A stretch of 64,000 nt of DNA. Source: a virus. The stretch spans positions 50,372 through 114,371 of the IMG/VR virus record IMGVR_UViG_3300028045_000008. One strand, 5' to 3'. Positions 1 to 10,541 of this stretch are shown in pieces. Position numbers and translations under genes: made by a program. The notes under the pieces are model-generated. The model saw only the letters and a program-made list of their open reading frames with translations. It was not told where the DNA came from and searched no databases. Each line of letters opens with the position of its first letter. Within the stretch, counting starts at the first letter, position 1.

Positions 1-2
1 GC

Positions 3-176
3 AGGAGAGGAGACATTAGTTCTTTTGCGCGCACCCTTGGCAACGAGAAGAAGTACTTAGAGGCGTTCAAGAAAAATGGCCTAGACCATCCAGAAACTTA
101 TAGATCAAAGAGCGTATTAGATAAATCCATAAAGAATTTCGAGAAGAGCACGGGCTTAAAGTGGCCCTATAAATAA
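3..176 (+). CDS. 3' end of hypothetical protein upstream of tape measure gene (5'-truncated)
   Basis: Frame 3 open from window start to TAA 174-176 (...FEKSTGLKWPYK). Confidence 0.7.
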   Translation, partial: RRGDISSFARTLGNEKKYLEAFKKNGLDHPETYRSKSVLDKSIKNFEKSTGLKWPYK

Positions 177-192
177 GGGGGTGTTTAGATAA

Positions 193-2424
193 GTGAGTAG
201 TGAATCCGACATACCCGATGCCGCCACGACGATGACCCTGCTGGAGTACATCGCCGCCCAAGAGCAGATAATACAAAACTCTAACGATATACGGAAGCGC
301 CAAGAAGCCTTTTATGCAGCCGAGGAGGCCCGCCTGAAGTTACAGGGCAAGTCAATTTCTATGGAGGCTGACGCGCTCAAGAACCGGCAGGCCGCGGCCG
401 ATGCCTGGGATCAGACCTTCGAGAACATGCTGGGTGTCAGCGATAAGTGGAAATCTTCCATGATAGGGAAGCTCATGCAACCCGGTGGTCTAAATGGTTT
501 CGTCGATAGTCTTCAACGGACATTCACCGCCAGCAATCTTGCCGTATCTTCTTTGACAAAAGCCGTTGAGATAACAGCCGCACTGGTCGGAGCGAGCTTC
601 GCTCTAGCAAAAATGCAAGACGATACTCTGGTGGCTTTCAATAAATCCACTGGCGCCGCCAGGCTTTATGGAGACGAGCTACTTAATCTAGAATCTAGTA
701 TGAATCACCATGGTGTGAGCCTAGAGATTGCTAGCGAATCTTATGGGTCCATGGTCAAGAATGTGAAAGGCCTCAAAAATATGTCAGCCGCTTCGCGAAC
801 AGACCTCGCAGAAACAACTGCTGTTCTAGATAAGTTTGGCGTGTCTGCCGACACTACAACCCAGAACTTTGAATTTCTAACCGCAGCCATGGGCTTTTCT
901 GCTTCAGAAGCAAATGACTTCTCAAGAGAAATGTTTTTACTTGCTCAAGAGATAGGTATGCCCCCCGCAGAAATGGCCCAGGGCCTTCAAGAGGCCGCAC
1001 CAGCCATGGCCAAATTTGGATCCCAGAGTGATGAAATGTACAAGAAGCTCGCAGTGAATGCACGCGCAGCAAACATGGAAGTTAGTCAGTTATTGGGTAT
1101 CGTTGAGAAATTCGATACTTTTGAGGGCGCAGCCCAATCAGTCGGGCAACTCAACGCAATACTTGGTGGTCCATTTTTGAACTCTATGGAGATGGTCCAG
1201 ACTACGGATCCGGTAGAGAGAATGAAGCTTCTTAGTGACGCCGCAAACCAGGCAGGCGCAAGTTTTGACGACATGGGATACTATGAGAGAATCGCACTCA
1301 CTGAGGCGATGGGCCTAAAAGATGTATCAGAACTGGCTTTAGTTATGGCAGGGGGATTTGACGAGACGGTTCCTGCCATAAAGCAATCACAAGCAGAATT
1401 GGCAGCAATCGCAAAGCAATCAGCCGACTTCAACACTTTGTCGGAAGAGATGACTCAACTGATGAGAATGTTTGCCACAAGCTTATTGACGTGGGTTATC
1501 CCGTCTATTAAGTGGCTAGCCCAGAAACTCCAGGATCTCAATCAATTTTTCGGTGGATATTTAATGCCAGCCCTAGGTCTCCTCGCCGCCGCATTTTTCC
1601 TCGTCGCCAGCGCCGTTTTCGCACTTATCGCTCTCGCCGGCCTCGCCTTACCCATCCTCGGCGGAATCGCCGCAACAACGGGCGCCACGGCACCTGCCGC
1701 CGGCGCCGCTGCCGCCGGCATAACAACATTCGCCACGGCACTTGCTGCAGCCACGCCGGTAATCGCGACCGCCGGCGCCGCCCTCGGGAGCTTTGTTCCG
1801 GTCATCTTGGCCATTGGGGCAAGTATTTTTATGGTGGGAGCCGGTATCATGGCCGTTGGAGCCGGCATCATGTTGGCCCTCGGCGGAGTCGCCGAGGTGA
1901 TAGGGGCAGTCCTTGGCGGAGTCGTCACGCTCCTAAGAAATTTGGATCCCACTACAATATTTCAAAAAGTCTCCGCGCTGAATAGCCTATCTGCCTCATT
2001 CTCTACTTTAGTGCTCTCTGCCGCCGCCACTCCGTCCGCTTTGTGGCCACTGATCAACGCCCTAAACGCTATCGAGGGTGATAACTTAATCCCGGTGGCA
2101 GATATGTTTAGTAGCATTAACTCAATTCTCGATAAAGACCTAGAAGGTCTGATGAAAGTGGAACAAGCAATCGCCAATATAGCCACTTCCATAAATTCAA
2201 TCGATAGCACGGAAAAAGTATTCGCAGTAAAACAACTGATTGATTCTGTCAACGCAGCTACATCCAGAGACACCACTCCAGGCCCCGCGTCAACATCACA
2301 GGATCTCCCACCCCACACGGCAGCAGCCCTCAATAGGCCGATTCAGATCTCTCTAAACGTTGCCGGCAGAGAGTGGATAAGCCTGCAGACAGAAACTTTA
2401 GATAAGCTGCTAAACCAATATTAA
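193..2424 (+). CDS. Tail tape measure protein
   Basis: 743 aa Ala-rich helical protein with long hydrophobic Ala/Gly segment, directly upstream of baseplate-type genes. Confidence 0.8.
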   Translation: MSSESDIPDAATTMTLLEYIAAQEQIIQNSNDIRKRQEAFYAAEEARLKLQGKSISMEADALKNRQAAADAWDQTFENMLGVSDKWKSSMIGKLMQPGGLNGFVDSLQRTFTASNLAVSSLTKAVEITAALVGASFALAKMQDDTLVAFNKSTGAARLYGDELLNLESSMNHHGVSLEIASESYGSMVKNVKGLKNMSAASRTDLAETTAVLDKFGVSADTTTQNFEFLTAAMGFSASEANDFSREMFLLAQEIGMPPAEMAQGLQEAAPAMAKFGSQSDEMYKKLAVNARAANMEVSQLLGIVEKFDTFEGAAQSVGQLNAILGGPFLNSMEMVQTTDPVERMKLLSDAANQAGASFDDMGYYERIALTEAMGLKDVSELALVMAGGFDETVPAIKQSQAELAAIAKQSADFNTLSEEMTQLMRMFATSLLTWVIPSIKWLAQKLQDLNQFFGGYLMPALGLLAAAFFLVASAVFALIALAGLALPILGGIAATTGATAPAAGAAAAGITTFATALAAATPVIATAGAALGSFVPVILAIGASIFMVGAGIMAVGAGIMLALGGVAEVIGAVLGGVVTLLRNLDPTTIFQKVSALNSLSASFSTLVLSAAATPSALWPLINALNAIEGDNLIPVADMFSSINSILDKDLEGLMKVEQAIANIATSINSIDSTEKVFAVKQLIDSVNAATSRDTTPGPASTSQDLPPHTAAALNRPIQISLNVAGREWISLQTETLDKLLNQY

Positions 2425-2458
2425 GATATTTAATGGCTGCATCTTTTTAGTTGACACT

Positions 2459-2465
2459 CTATTTA
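2459..2465 (+). promoter_or_regulatory. CTANTTA candidate late-promoter motif
   Basis: CTATTTA 25 nt before structural gene; motif recurs before several other genes. Confidence 0.45.
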
Positions 2466-2490
2466 ATAAACAGAAGGAATACATTTTGTA

Positions 2491-3438
2491 ATGGCTAATT
2501 TTGGAAAAAATAGAAAAGATTTAACTTTTCAAGATCCGAGTGATTTATACGCAAATCAAAAAGAACTATTTATTGAGTTTGAATATATCTTTGGAAACCC
2601 AGAAACCAACAAGGTCGCCTTCAAAGCGTTTATAACAAACTATTCGGATGACTTTGTGTCCGAGTGGAATCCTGAAGCCGTATATGGGCGCCCCGACCCA
2701 ATTCAGACCTTCTCGCATACCACGAGAAAGATCCAGATCGATTGGAAAGTCCCATCTGCAGATCTTGTAGAGGCCAGAGAGAATATGGCCAAGGCATCTC
2801 AAATGATGAGATTTCTTTATCCCACATACACTGACGCCGGAAACGCCTCCACTATCCACAAGCCGCCTTTGTTGCGCTTTAAATTTGTCAATTTGGCAAA
2901 AAAGAATAATTCACAAGGGCTCTTGGGAAGGCCAGGTGGGTTCTCCTTTAAGCCGGATATGGAAGAGGGCTGGTGGGACGCAGATTTCAATTTGGGATCA
3001 TCTGGCATGACTAACCTGTTATATCCCAAGTTACTGACCTTTAGTTGCACCTTTGAAGTGCTTCACGAGCATCACCTAGGTTGGCACGATGGAAACTGGG
3101 AGGTTATCCCGGCCATACCATTCGTGTTGGATACGGAGAGGGATTCTTTTCCGTTTTTATCAACAGCTACCAGCGCAAACACCATCCTCGGCCTGAATAC
3201 AGCAGAGGAAAAATTGAAAGAGTTTACAGACAATTACGAAGATGCAGATGTTCTCGGCCTCCCTCCAGAAGATTCGACTGTTCGAGCCCAAGAAGAAGAC
3301 TCATCATCGATTTCTGATGAGGCAAAAGCGGCAAAAAGCGCAGGACCAGAGACTTTGCCGACCAACTTAACTCCTGAAATAACTGAAGAACAGATGGCCC
3401 TTGAAAACGAATTCTTTGACCCCCAATCTATCTCGTAG
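2491..3438 (+). CDS. Tail tube initiator / baseplate tube-like protein
   Basis: FKAFITNYSD..W....YGRPDPIQTF..TTR pattern of tube-fold initiators; sits between tape measure and LysM genes. Confidence 0.6.
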   Translation: MANFGKNRKDLTFQDPSDLYANQKELFIEFEYIFGNPETNKVAFKAFITNYSDDFVSEWNPEAVYGRPDPIQTFSHTTRKIQIDWKVPSADLVEARENMAKASQMMRFLYPTYTDAGNASTIHKPPLLRFKFVNLAKKNNSQGLLGRPGGFSFKPDMEEGWWDADFNLGSSGMTNLLYPKLLTFSCTFEVLHEHHLGWHDGNWEVIPAIPFVLDTERDSFPFLSTATSANTILGLNTAEEKLKEFTDNYEDADVLGLPPEDSTVRAQEEDSSSISDEAKAAKSAGPETLPTNLTPEITEEQMALENEFFDPQSIS

Positions 3439-3449
3439 GAAAATATAGT

Positions 3450-3800
3450 ATGTCTAATAGAAATAACAACAGAGTAATCAGAACCAATGGCGCCCAGATT
3501 TATAAAGAGAAACTGAAAAAGAAGGGCTTAAAAAAAGTCCAACAATATACAACTCCAATTTTTAATGAACTGACAGCAAAGAAAAGAGGTTCTCTAGAAA
3601 GAGTGAGGCATATATGGACTCGCGGAGATCGCTTGTATAAGCTGGCTTCGAAACACTACGGAGATCCAGAATTGTGGTGGCTCATCGCCTGGTATAATCA
3701 AAAGCCAACTGAAAGTCATTTTAAGCTTGGTCAAACTGTCCTGATACCACTTCCCCTCGAAGATATTTTGGGATATTATTATCAAAGCGAAGTGAGATAG
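3450..3800 (+). CDS. LysM-domain baseplate wedge protein (gp53/tail X-like)
   Basis: HIWTRGDRLYKLASKHYGDPELWWLIAWYN...GQTVLIP. Confidence 0.8.
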   Translation: MSNRNNNRVIRTNGAQIYKEKLKKKGLKKVQQYTTPIFNELTAKKRGSLERVRHIWTRGDRLYKLASKHYGDPELWWLIAWYNQKPTESHFKLGQTVLIPLPLEDILGYYYQSEVR

Positions 3801-3803
3801 GGA

Positions 3804-6800
3804 ATGGGACACTATCTTAATTTGCTGGATGAGCTACCTGCAGAATCGCCCAGCGGGTGGGCCGCTGGAGCAGTAGGTAAAGCTGCAATTAGATCTTTGA
3901 TAGAAGGCGATCTTTGGTATACATATGCCAAAGCCTCCCTAGGCTCTGTCGGTGGCATACAAACAGGTGGAGGCACGCACGGGGGGAGCACGAAAGAGAA
4001 CCAGGGCTTCTTAATAGACGTTGCGAAAGCTATAGCGAAAGATTTGATAATAACAAAGACCTCAGATCTTCAAGCAGAATGGGATATGTTTATGGCCGGC
4101 ACCCAAACTTTCAAGGAGTTCTATAGAAATACAAACATATCACTCGACGCCCTCACCGATGCCTCCAGCTTGGATGACTCTGATAAAATTCGGAGAAATA
4201 ATCCGGATACTTTGGCAGTAGATTTTTTAGCATACAATCTCATTAATAGCTCTACTTTCGCTAGCATAATATCCGCAGCAAAACTGGCTCGGAAACTCGG
4301 ATACTTCAGCGGCGCCGGCATCGACGAAGTCTTCTACGATGCCAAGGCCCGCGCCTCCGCCCTCCTTGAAATGATCGGCGTAAAAGATGAGCAAGACTTA
4401 CAAGCTTTAGAGGAAAGATTCAAGCAATCACAACAATCAGCATCAGAAGCTAAAGCAGCATCAAAAGAAGATATAGAGAAGACAGAACAAGATATCAAAA
4501 TTCACATGCAAGCCCTATTGGCTTCTTCTTTGGTAGAACTCTCAAAATTTAATAAAAATAATCGATCGTTAATGATGCCTCGATATTCAAAAACATATCT
4601 GCTCGACGGCCCTCCCTCTGAACTGGTGAACAAATTAACATATGTACCAGGCTCAGAGAGCTTTATTAACTTGACAGTACCGGAAGCCTCCTCTTTGGTT
4701 CCGATGATAAAGCTTTGGAAAGTTCGATATAACTCAAAAGGCGCTCTTGATCCTGATTTACCAGCAATCCCGTTAATCTTTAAAACTTTTACTGATACTG
4801 ATTCCGATTTTATATCCGGTCATGGCGCCGGAAGGTCCGGTGTTGGAATAAAGTCTTTTGATTGGCAATATAACGGGACAAACCCAGCAACCGTAAAAAA
4901 CGATATAACAGCCAAACTCGTATTATATTTTCAGAATTTCAATGATCTCTTGAAGGAACAAGAAGGCGGTTTTAAGTATGTTGATTTGCTGATTAGAAGC
5001 AGCCCAACAAGTGTAGAGGACAAAGAAAAGCCAATAGAGGACCAGAATGAAACAGACTGCCCAGAGAACGAGTCAACCACTGAAGGCGATTCTAAACATT
5101 ACGAAATAAAGGCTACAGTCGGCTGGGCCCCAAACGTGCAATACGTTGAAGAGCATGGCAATCCTGACCTGGCAACTAGCATAAGAAATCAACAAGTGAG
5201 CTTGTTCCTGACACTAGTCGAGCACGAGTTTAAGATTACTCAACAGGGCACTTTTGAACTCACAATTGATTATCGAGGAAGAATAGACGGTATTATGATG
5301 GATAAACGAGCAGATGTCATTTTGGACGGAGAAGTTCGAAAGCAAATGTCTAAGCTGACCAAAGATCTCAAAGAGGCAGAATCAAATTGTTTCAAAGACG
5401 AAATAGGAGAAATAAAGGAGAGGATAGAGGATGTGAAAACAAGGGCGAAATTTGAATCACATACTAAAATATTCCAAGACCTGTTAGTCACCGGCCGCCT
5501 TTATTATGCTAAAATTAGCACAGACGATTGGGACGCTGCAGGCCAAAAAATAATAAATCTTAAGAAAGTCGACATTGGAATTCCAGCCGACGGCTCGACT
5601 GATCTGAAAGTACTGTATAAGGCATCTGATGATATTCTGAACAAAGAGATGCAAATTGCTTTTGGCGACCGCCCAGATGTCATCGAGGGTGGTTGCGGTA
5701 CCTCATACCAGAGTACTGCCGCCCTTGCAGCCTGGTACCTTGGAAACGTTGCTACCGCAGCCCATGCTGACAACGCCCTTACTTGGTGGAACCCGGTCGC
5801 CCATCTCGCTTCCGAGGGATTCCAATTCGCCGGCATAATCAACGAGGAGCCTGCCGCCTGGGAGCTATCCCAAGAAGATTCCGATTGGTGGAAATGCTTC
5901 AAGTTACAATATAATACCACAACTGGTCAGGAGCAACCCGAAGAAAAACCACTAGCCATCAAGCCCGTAGAATTTAAGCTTGGTCAACTTGGCGAGACAT
6001 ATGGTCTCCGCGAAGAAGACGGCTCTAAGATTATCCCCTATTTCTTTCTTGGGGATTTGATAGACATTGCAGCCAGAAAGGCCCTCGGAGGCGAAAACTC
6101 GACAACAGATGAGAGTGAGGATGCCGCAGATTTTCACCCAAATCGAGTTCAGAATCTGCAGATAATATTGGGATGTTTGGAGATAGCCCCTTATAGCGAC
6201 CAAGATAGCTGGGAATATATTAATATTGGAGACATTCCAGTATGCCTCCCCTACTTCAGAGATTGGTGGGCGCGCCATACTACAAAGTCTTCAAAAAACA
6301 GTTACCCCCTAATTCAATTCATTCGAGATTGTCTCAAAGATTTCGCGATGGAAGCTTTGGGCGATGATCTTTTCGATGGCCAGCGCTCTCAAAAGCTCAT
6401 GATAAGGGACGCATCTATTAGTGTCCCGGCAAAACCAGGCGGAGGCAATCCGATAGAGGATCGGATCAACAAGGGGCTCGATAATGCAAACGAAAGGCGC
6501 CTGCTCAAAGCATCTAGGTTGGATCTAAACAAGATAGATAACACTAGTCCGATGCAGGCTGTTAACCCGACCAACTTAACTCCAAATGACATGTATTTCT
6601 ATAAGGTATTTTATTTGGTGAATGATTCCCCAGATTATCTAAATGGAAATAAACAAGAGGATTCAAAAAAGGGTATACAGCACATAGTCATGGGTTCTAG
6701 ATCTGGGCTTCTAAAGGAAGCTAGTTTTTCAAGGTCGACCTCTCCCGGCCTCCGAGAACAGAGAGTGATAGAAGAGTCAGAATTTAATCCGCTGTCTCAC

Positions 6801-7166
6801 CTGGCAGACGTTTATAATATAAGTGCCAGGATGATAGGAAATACTATGTTCTTTCCAGGCCAATATATTTACTTAAACCCAATCGGCTTCGGCACCAAAC
6901 TTGGCAACCCTGCGGACCCCGGCTCTCCATCTCGTGCGATGGGCCTGGGAGGTTATCACTTGGTAACGCAAGTTTCTAGCTTCATAGATGAGGGAAAATT
7001 CGAAACAACCGTCGAAGCTCTATGGGAGACAAGTGGTGGCCCTTGCGCCCGCAGAAACGACAGAGGGCAAAAGACAGAAAAAGGGAATTGTTCCAGCGAT
7101 GCTTCAAATACGGCTCTCTCTAGTCCGACACCCTCCCCCGAAAGCAATATAGAACTTCCAGAATAA
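3804..7166 (+). CDS. Large baseplate hub-like structural protein
   Basis: 1120 aa; C-terminal MIGNTMFFPGQYIYL...GGYHLVTQVSS...FETTV resembles gp27/gpD hub C-terminus; synteny. Confidence 0.55.
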   Translation: MGHYLNLLDELPAESPSGWAAGAVGKAAIRSLIEGDLWYTYAKASLGSVGGIQTGGGTHGGSTKENQGFLIDVAKAIAKDLIITKTSDLQAEWDMFMAGTQTFKEFYRNTNISLDALTDASSLDDSDKIRRNNPDTLAVDFLAYNLINSSTFASIISAAKLARKLGYFSGAGIDEVFYDAKARASALLEMIGVKDEQDLQALEERFKQSQQSASEAKAASKEDIEKTEQDIKIHMQALLASSLVELSKFNKNNRSLMMPRYSKTYLLDGPPSELVNKLTYVPGSESFINLTVPEASSLVPMIKLWKVRYNSKGALDPDLPAIPLIFKTFTDTDSDFISGHGAGRSGVGIKSFDWQYNGTNPATVKNDITAKLVLYFQNFNDLLKEQEGGFKYVDLLIRSSPTSVEDKEKPIEDQNETDCPENESTTEGDSKHYEIKATVGWAPNVQYVEEHGNPDLATSIRNQQVSLFLTLVEHEFKITQQGTFELTIDYRGRIDGIMMDKRADVILDGEVRKQMSKLTKDLKEAESNCFKDEIGEIKERIEDVKTRAKFESHTKIFQDLLVTGRLYYAKISTDDWDAAGQKIINLKKVDIGIPADGSTDLKVLYKASDDILNKEMQIAFGDRPDVIEGGCGTSYQSTAALAAWYLGNVATAAHADNALTWWNPVAHLASEGFQFAGIINEEPAAWELSQEDSDWWKCFKLQYNTTTGQEQPEEKPLAIKPVEFKLGQLGETYGLREEDGSKIIPYFFLGDLIDIAARKALGGENSTTDESEDAADFHPNRVQNLQIILGCLEIAPYSDQDSWEYINIGDIPVCLPYFRDWWARHTTKSSKNSYPLIQFIRDCLKDFAMEALGDDLFDGQRSQKLMIRDASISVPAKPGGGNPIEDRINKGLDNANERRLLKASRLDLNKIDNTSPMQAVNPTNLTPNDMYFYKVFYLVNDSPDYLNGNKQEDSKKGIQHIVMGSRSGLLKEASFSRSTSPGLREQRVIEESEFNPLSHLADVYNISARMIGNTMFFPGQYIYLNPIGFGTKLGNPADPGSPSRAMGLGGYHLVTQVSSFIDEGKFETTVEALWETSGGPCARRNDRGQKTEKGNCSSDASNTALSSPTPSPESNIELPE

Positions 7167-7181
7167 AGGGCAATAATAGAA

Positions 7182-8468
7182 ATGGCTAACAATTTTTTAA
7201 TCAATAATGATATTTTTTTCGGAAAGAATGATTTAGATTCACAAGATCACTTTTATTCTAGAATGGCTTATTCTGTTTATGCTTTCCGGGATCACGAAGA
7301 GATGAAGAAGAAGGGGGTGATTAGAGATTTCTGGTTTGCAGAGAATATGCTATATGGAAAGATAAACGCATCGTTTTTCGCTATTGAGCCTCGCCATGAG
7401 AGATTGGTACCCATTCCGGGAACTGATGATCAATTTACTTTCCCTTTTATTATCTCTGCGTATGGGGAGTTCGAAAAAGAGATCAGGAATGCCATTTTAT
7501 CTGGAAAAATCGGAAGCATGCCGTTTTTGAGAAAACTTAAAGTTCACAAATCAACAGAATCAATAAATCGACTATACTCTAACTTAGCTACCATCATAAC
7601 ATCCAGAATGGTCAGGTTCTTAACTCAAACTAGAAGGTCAGATAAAATATTTAGCTTTGAGGACTTTATGCTACATTTCGAAGACTTTGTTCTGGAATTC
7701 AGCCTAAATAATATCGTAACAAAATCTTCTTTTGTGATGTCTAATGACGTCGGCCTCCCACATACTGGCCTGTCACTTGAACTCGCCGACGCGGATTATG
7801 CATCTGATTTCGAAAAAATCGAGAACTTCATAGATGATCCAGAATATGCATATTACCTCAAGGTAGCCGAAAAATATGGATTTTATGTGGATAAGAACGT
7901 GCCCTGGCGCCTTGTTGCTAATCTATCATCACGACCCATGCAACTCTTCATAGAAGAGACTGGCGCGCCTAGCGACCTACAGTCGCTGCTTACCGCTAAC
8001 TTTAGAAAAGCCTATATGAATGACCTAGGACTTCTGAAATTCTCGGCATATAACGCTTATAGTACCATAGTTTCATCGCGCCCGAATGTCTCGAAGTCTT
8101 TTCAAGAAGGCGGAAAGCTCTTCACTTCATTTAAAAAAAGAATGCCTGTGACTCCTGATGAAGTCGACATTCTATATCCAGATGAGAAGTGGCTTCAACT
8201 ATACATCAAGGTCAAGAACAATGAAAAGAAATTAAATTTTAATGAGCCTGAGATCAAGAGAATAACAAAAAATTCAATTAGTTTAAAGAATTTGCTTGAC
8301 ACGAGGGAAGCAATGGGCTATATTAATAGAGTATTTCGAGATATTCCGTCACTAGAAGGATCCTTTAATGATTTGCAAAATAAGAATTTCTTTAAGGGAA
8401 TCAAGGACCGCCCATTCTCGGATTATAGAAATTTCCTAACTAAGACAGCTAAAATAAAAAAGAGGTAG
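7182..8468 (+). CDS. Hypothetical protein
   Basis: 428 aa ORF in tight gene spacing. Confidence 0.75.
   Translation: MANNFLINNDIFFGKNDLDSQDHFYSRMAYSVYAFRDHEEMKKKGVIRDFWFAENMLYGKINASFFAIEPRHERLVPIPGTDDQFTFPFIISAYGEFEKEIRNAILSGKIGSMPFLRKLKVHKSTESINRLYSNLATIITSRMVRFLTQTRRSDKIFSFEDFMLHFEDFVLEFSLNNIVTKSSFVMSNDVGLPHTGLSLELADADYASDFEKIENFIDDPEYAYYLKVAEKYGFYVDKNVPWRLVANLSSRPMQLFIEETGAPSDLQSLLTANFRKAYMNDLGLLKFSAYNAYSTIVSSRPNVSKSFQEGGKLFTSFKKRMPVTPDEVDILYPDEKWLQLYIKVKNNEKKLNFNEPEIKRITKNSISLKNLLDTREAMGYINRVFRDIPSLEGSFNDLQNKNFFKGIKDRPFSDYRNFLTKTAKIKKR
8296..8324 (+). promoter_or_regulatory. sigma70-type promoter inside 3' end of upstream CDS
   Basis: TTGACA-17-TATATT. Confidence 0.55.
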
Positions 8469-8470
8469 TA

Positions 8471-9661
8471 TTGCTTTTCCAGACGCTTGACGATAAAAGA
8501 GAGTGCGTTGGTATATATTGTGATGGCGCTCTTTCGTTTGATATTTCTATCTTGGCCGGCCTGACTCACACCTGGTCATACTCTAGTTTCCTCTCTGGCC
8601 ATGAAGTGGAATATGCCAAGATATACTGTGGGGGATTATCATTGCGAGAAGCGTGTCCAACCCACCTAACAGAGCGCTGGGAGCGTGTTGAGGAAAAGCT
8701 CAAAGCTTTGCTCAAATCTTTTCATACGGCCCGTGTATCGCTCAATGAGAACTGTTTTTTTGACTTAGTGCCTAAAAGGTTTCTTTTAGAAATGTGCTAT
8801 GTGAAGGATATGATCTGTAAGCATGTTTTTGAAAACTATGAGAAGCCAGCGAACTATGAGCATACACTCTCTCTGATCAAAAATATTGAAGACATTAAGT
8901 ACAGGAAATTGAATATAAATCCCAAAAACCTGTCATTCTATAAGTCAAAGCACAGGAAGTTCTCACGAAAACTGAGAGAGATAGGGCCTTATTGCAAATT
9001 CAATATTAATGGCACTAAGACAGGCCGCCTGACAACTACTGCAGCTAGCTTCCCAATCTTGACTCTGGATAAGGAGTTTCGCTGCGTAATCGAGCCCTCG
9101 AATGATTACTTTGTCGAACTTGACTTCAATGCAGCAGAGTTGAGAACACTCTTGGCGCTCCAGGGAAAACCCCAGCCAGTTGAAGATATCCACGAATGGA
9201 ATATTAGAAATGTCTTCCGCGGCGCCGGCACCAGGAATGAGGCCAAGAAGAGGATTTTTGCTTGGCTATATAATCCTAAGAGTCATGATCGTATGTGCGA
9301 GAAGATATACGATCGAAACACTGTGGTACAAAAGTACTTCACCCAGGGCCAAGTGAGAACCTTTTTTAACAAAGTAATTCCTTCGGAAGAGAGAACAGCC
9401 CTGAACTACATCATTCAGAGCACATGTGCCGAGAATGTTTTGAGACAAATGGCGAAAGTATCTAATTATTTAGTAGGGATGGACTCACACCTGGCTTTTC
9501 CAGTACACGATTCAGTGGTTTTAGACATGACAAAGGAAGATTTAAGAAGACTTCCTGAGATTATAGAGATATTTTCGAACACAGAGTTGGGAAAGTTTAA
9601 AGTTAATGTGAGTCATGGCCCAAATTTTGGCAAACTAGTAAACATGGAGGTTCAGCTTTGA
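8471..9661 (+). CDS. Short family-A DNA polymerase-like protein
   Basis: TKTGRLTT, motif A DFNAAELR, motif B RNEAKKRIFAWLY, ALNYIIQST, motif C VHDS; only 396 aa. Confidence 0.75.
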   Translation: MLFQTLDDKRECVGIYCDGALSFDISILAGLTHTWSYSSFLSGHEVEYAKIYCGGLSLREACPTHLTERWERVEEKLKALLKSFHTARVSLNENCFFDLVPKRFLLEMCYVKDMICKHVFENYEKPANYEHTLSLIKNIEDIKYRKLNINPKNLSFYKSKHRKFSRKLREIGPYCKFNINGTKTGRLTTTAASFPILTLDKEFRCVIEPSNDYFVELDFNAAELRTLLALQGKPQPVEDIHEWNIRNVFRGAGTRNEAKKRIFAWLYNPKSHDRMCEKIYDRNTVVQKYFTQGQVRTFFNKVIPSEERTALNYIIQSTCAENVLRQMAKVSNYLVGMDSHLAFPVHDSVVLDMTKEDLRRLPEIIEIFSNTELGKFKVNVSHGPNFGKLVNMEVQL

Positions 9662-10497
9662 ATATTATAGGCCTGGGTTCCGCAGGAGTTAAGATTGCGG
9701 ATTGTTTTGGAAAATATCCTCAATATGATATCTATAAGATCGATGTGGGCCTGGAGGGAGAGCGCTGTTATGCACTTCCTGAGTGCGATTCAGCCGAAGA
9801 GTATGAAACCGTCAAACTCCCGAGGATAAAGACCTTCTTCAAGGGACTCAAGGGCGAGGCGCTTGTCATCATTGGCGGGTCTGGAAAGGTATCGTGTGCC
9901 TCACTTCGAATTCTTGAAAATATCAGGAGCCTGTCAATCTCGATTATGTATATAAAGCCAGACATGTCCCTGTTGGGTGGTACTCCGCTGCTCCGCGAGA
10001 AGGTTGTATTCGGGGTACTCCAGGAATACGCGAGATCCGGAGTTTTTGAGAAGATGTATCTTATATCAAACGAAGCACTGGATGAAATTATCGACGGCGC
10101 GCCAATTATCGGATATCACGATAAGCTGAACGAGGTATTGGTACCAGCATTCCATATGATAAAGGTCTTTGATAATACAGACCCCGTGATTGGAAAGATT
10201 GAGAAGTCAAAGATAACACATCGAATTACTACCATCGGCATATACGATGCAGCCAAGAATAAGGAAAAAAAGTTTTTTTCGCTTGACAATGTGAGAGAAA
10301 AATGCTATATTTATGGTATCAATGAAGAAAAACTTAAGAATGATGGTAAATTGTTTAAAAAAATAATGAGTCAAATAAAGTCAAAATCGGAAGAAAATGT
10401 TAAGGTATCTTATGCCATTTATTCTACTGATTATGATTACGATATCGCATATGTCATCGAAAGGACTCCATGCATTCAAAATAAAAATAACGAATAA
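9658..10497 (+). CDS. Tubulin/FtsZ-like GTPase-domain protein (divergent)
   Basis: N-terminal IIGLGSAGVKIAD; degenerate GGSGKVS signature loop; LISNEAL and N-containing helix as in FtsZ/TubZ/PhuZ. Confidence 0.55.
   Translation: MNIIGLGSAGVKIADCFGKYPQYDIYKIDVGLEGERCYALPECDSAEEYETVKLPRIKTFFKGLKGEALVIIGGSGKVSCASLRILENIRSLSISIMYIKPDMSLLGGTPLLREKVVFGVLQEYARSGVFEKMYLISNEALDEIIDGAPIIGYHDKLNEVLVPAFHMIKVFDNTDPVIGKIEKSKITHRITTIGIYDAAKNKEKKFFSLDNVREKCYIYGINEEKLKNDGKLFKKIMSQIKSKSEENVKVSYAIYSTDYDYDIAYVIERTPCIQNKNNE
10283..10311 (+). promoter_or_regulatory. sigma70-type promoter inside tubulin-like CDS
   Basis: TTGACA-17-TG-N-TATATT. Confidence 0.55.
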
Positions 10498-10512
10498 AGT
10501 TTCAGAAAGTCC

Positions 10513-10541
10513 TTGACAATCTGGGGAGGTTATGTTATATT
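10513..10541 (+). promoter_or_regulatory. sigma70-type promoter for SSB operon
   Basis: TTGACA-17-TG-N-TATATT in intergenic DNA. Confidence 0.7.
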
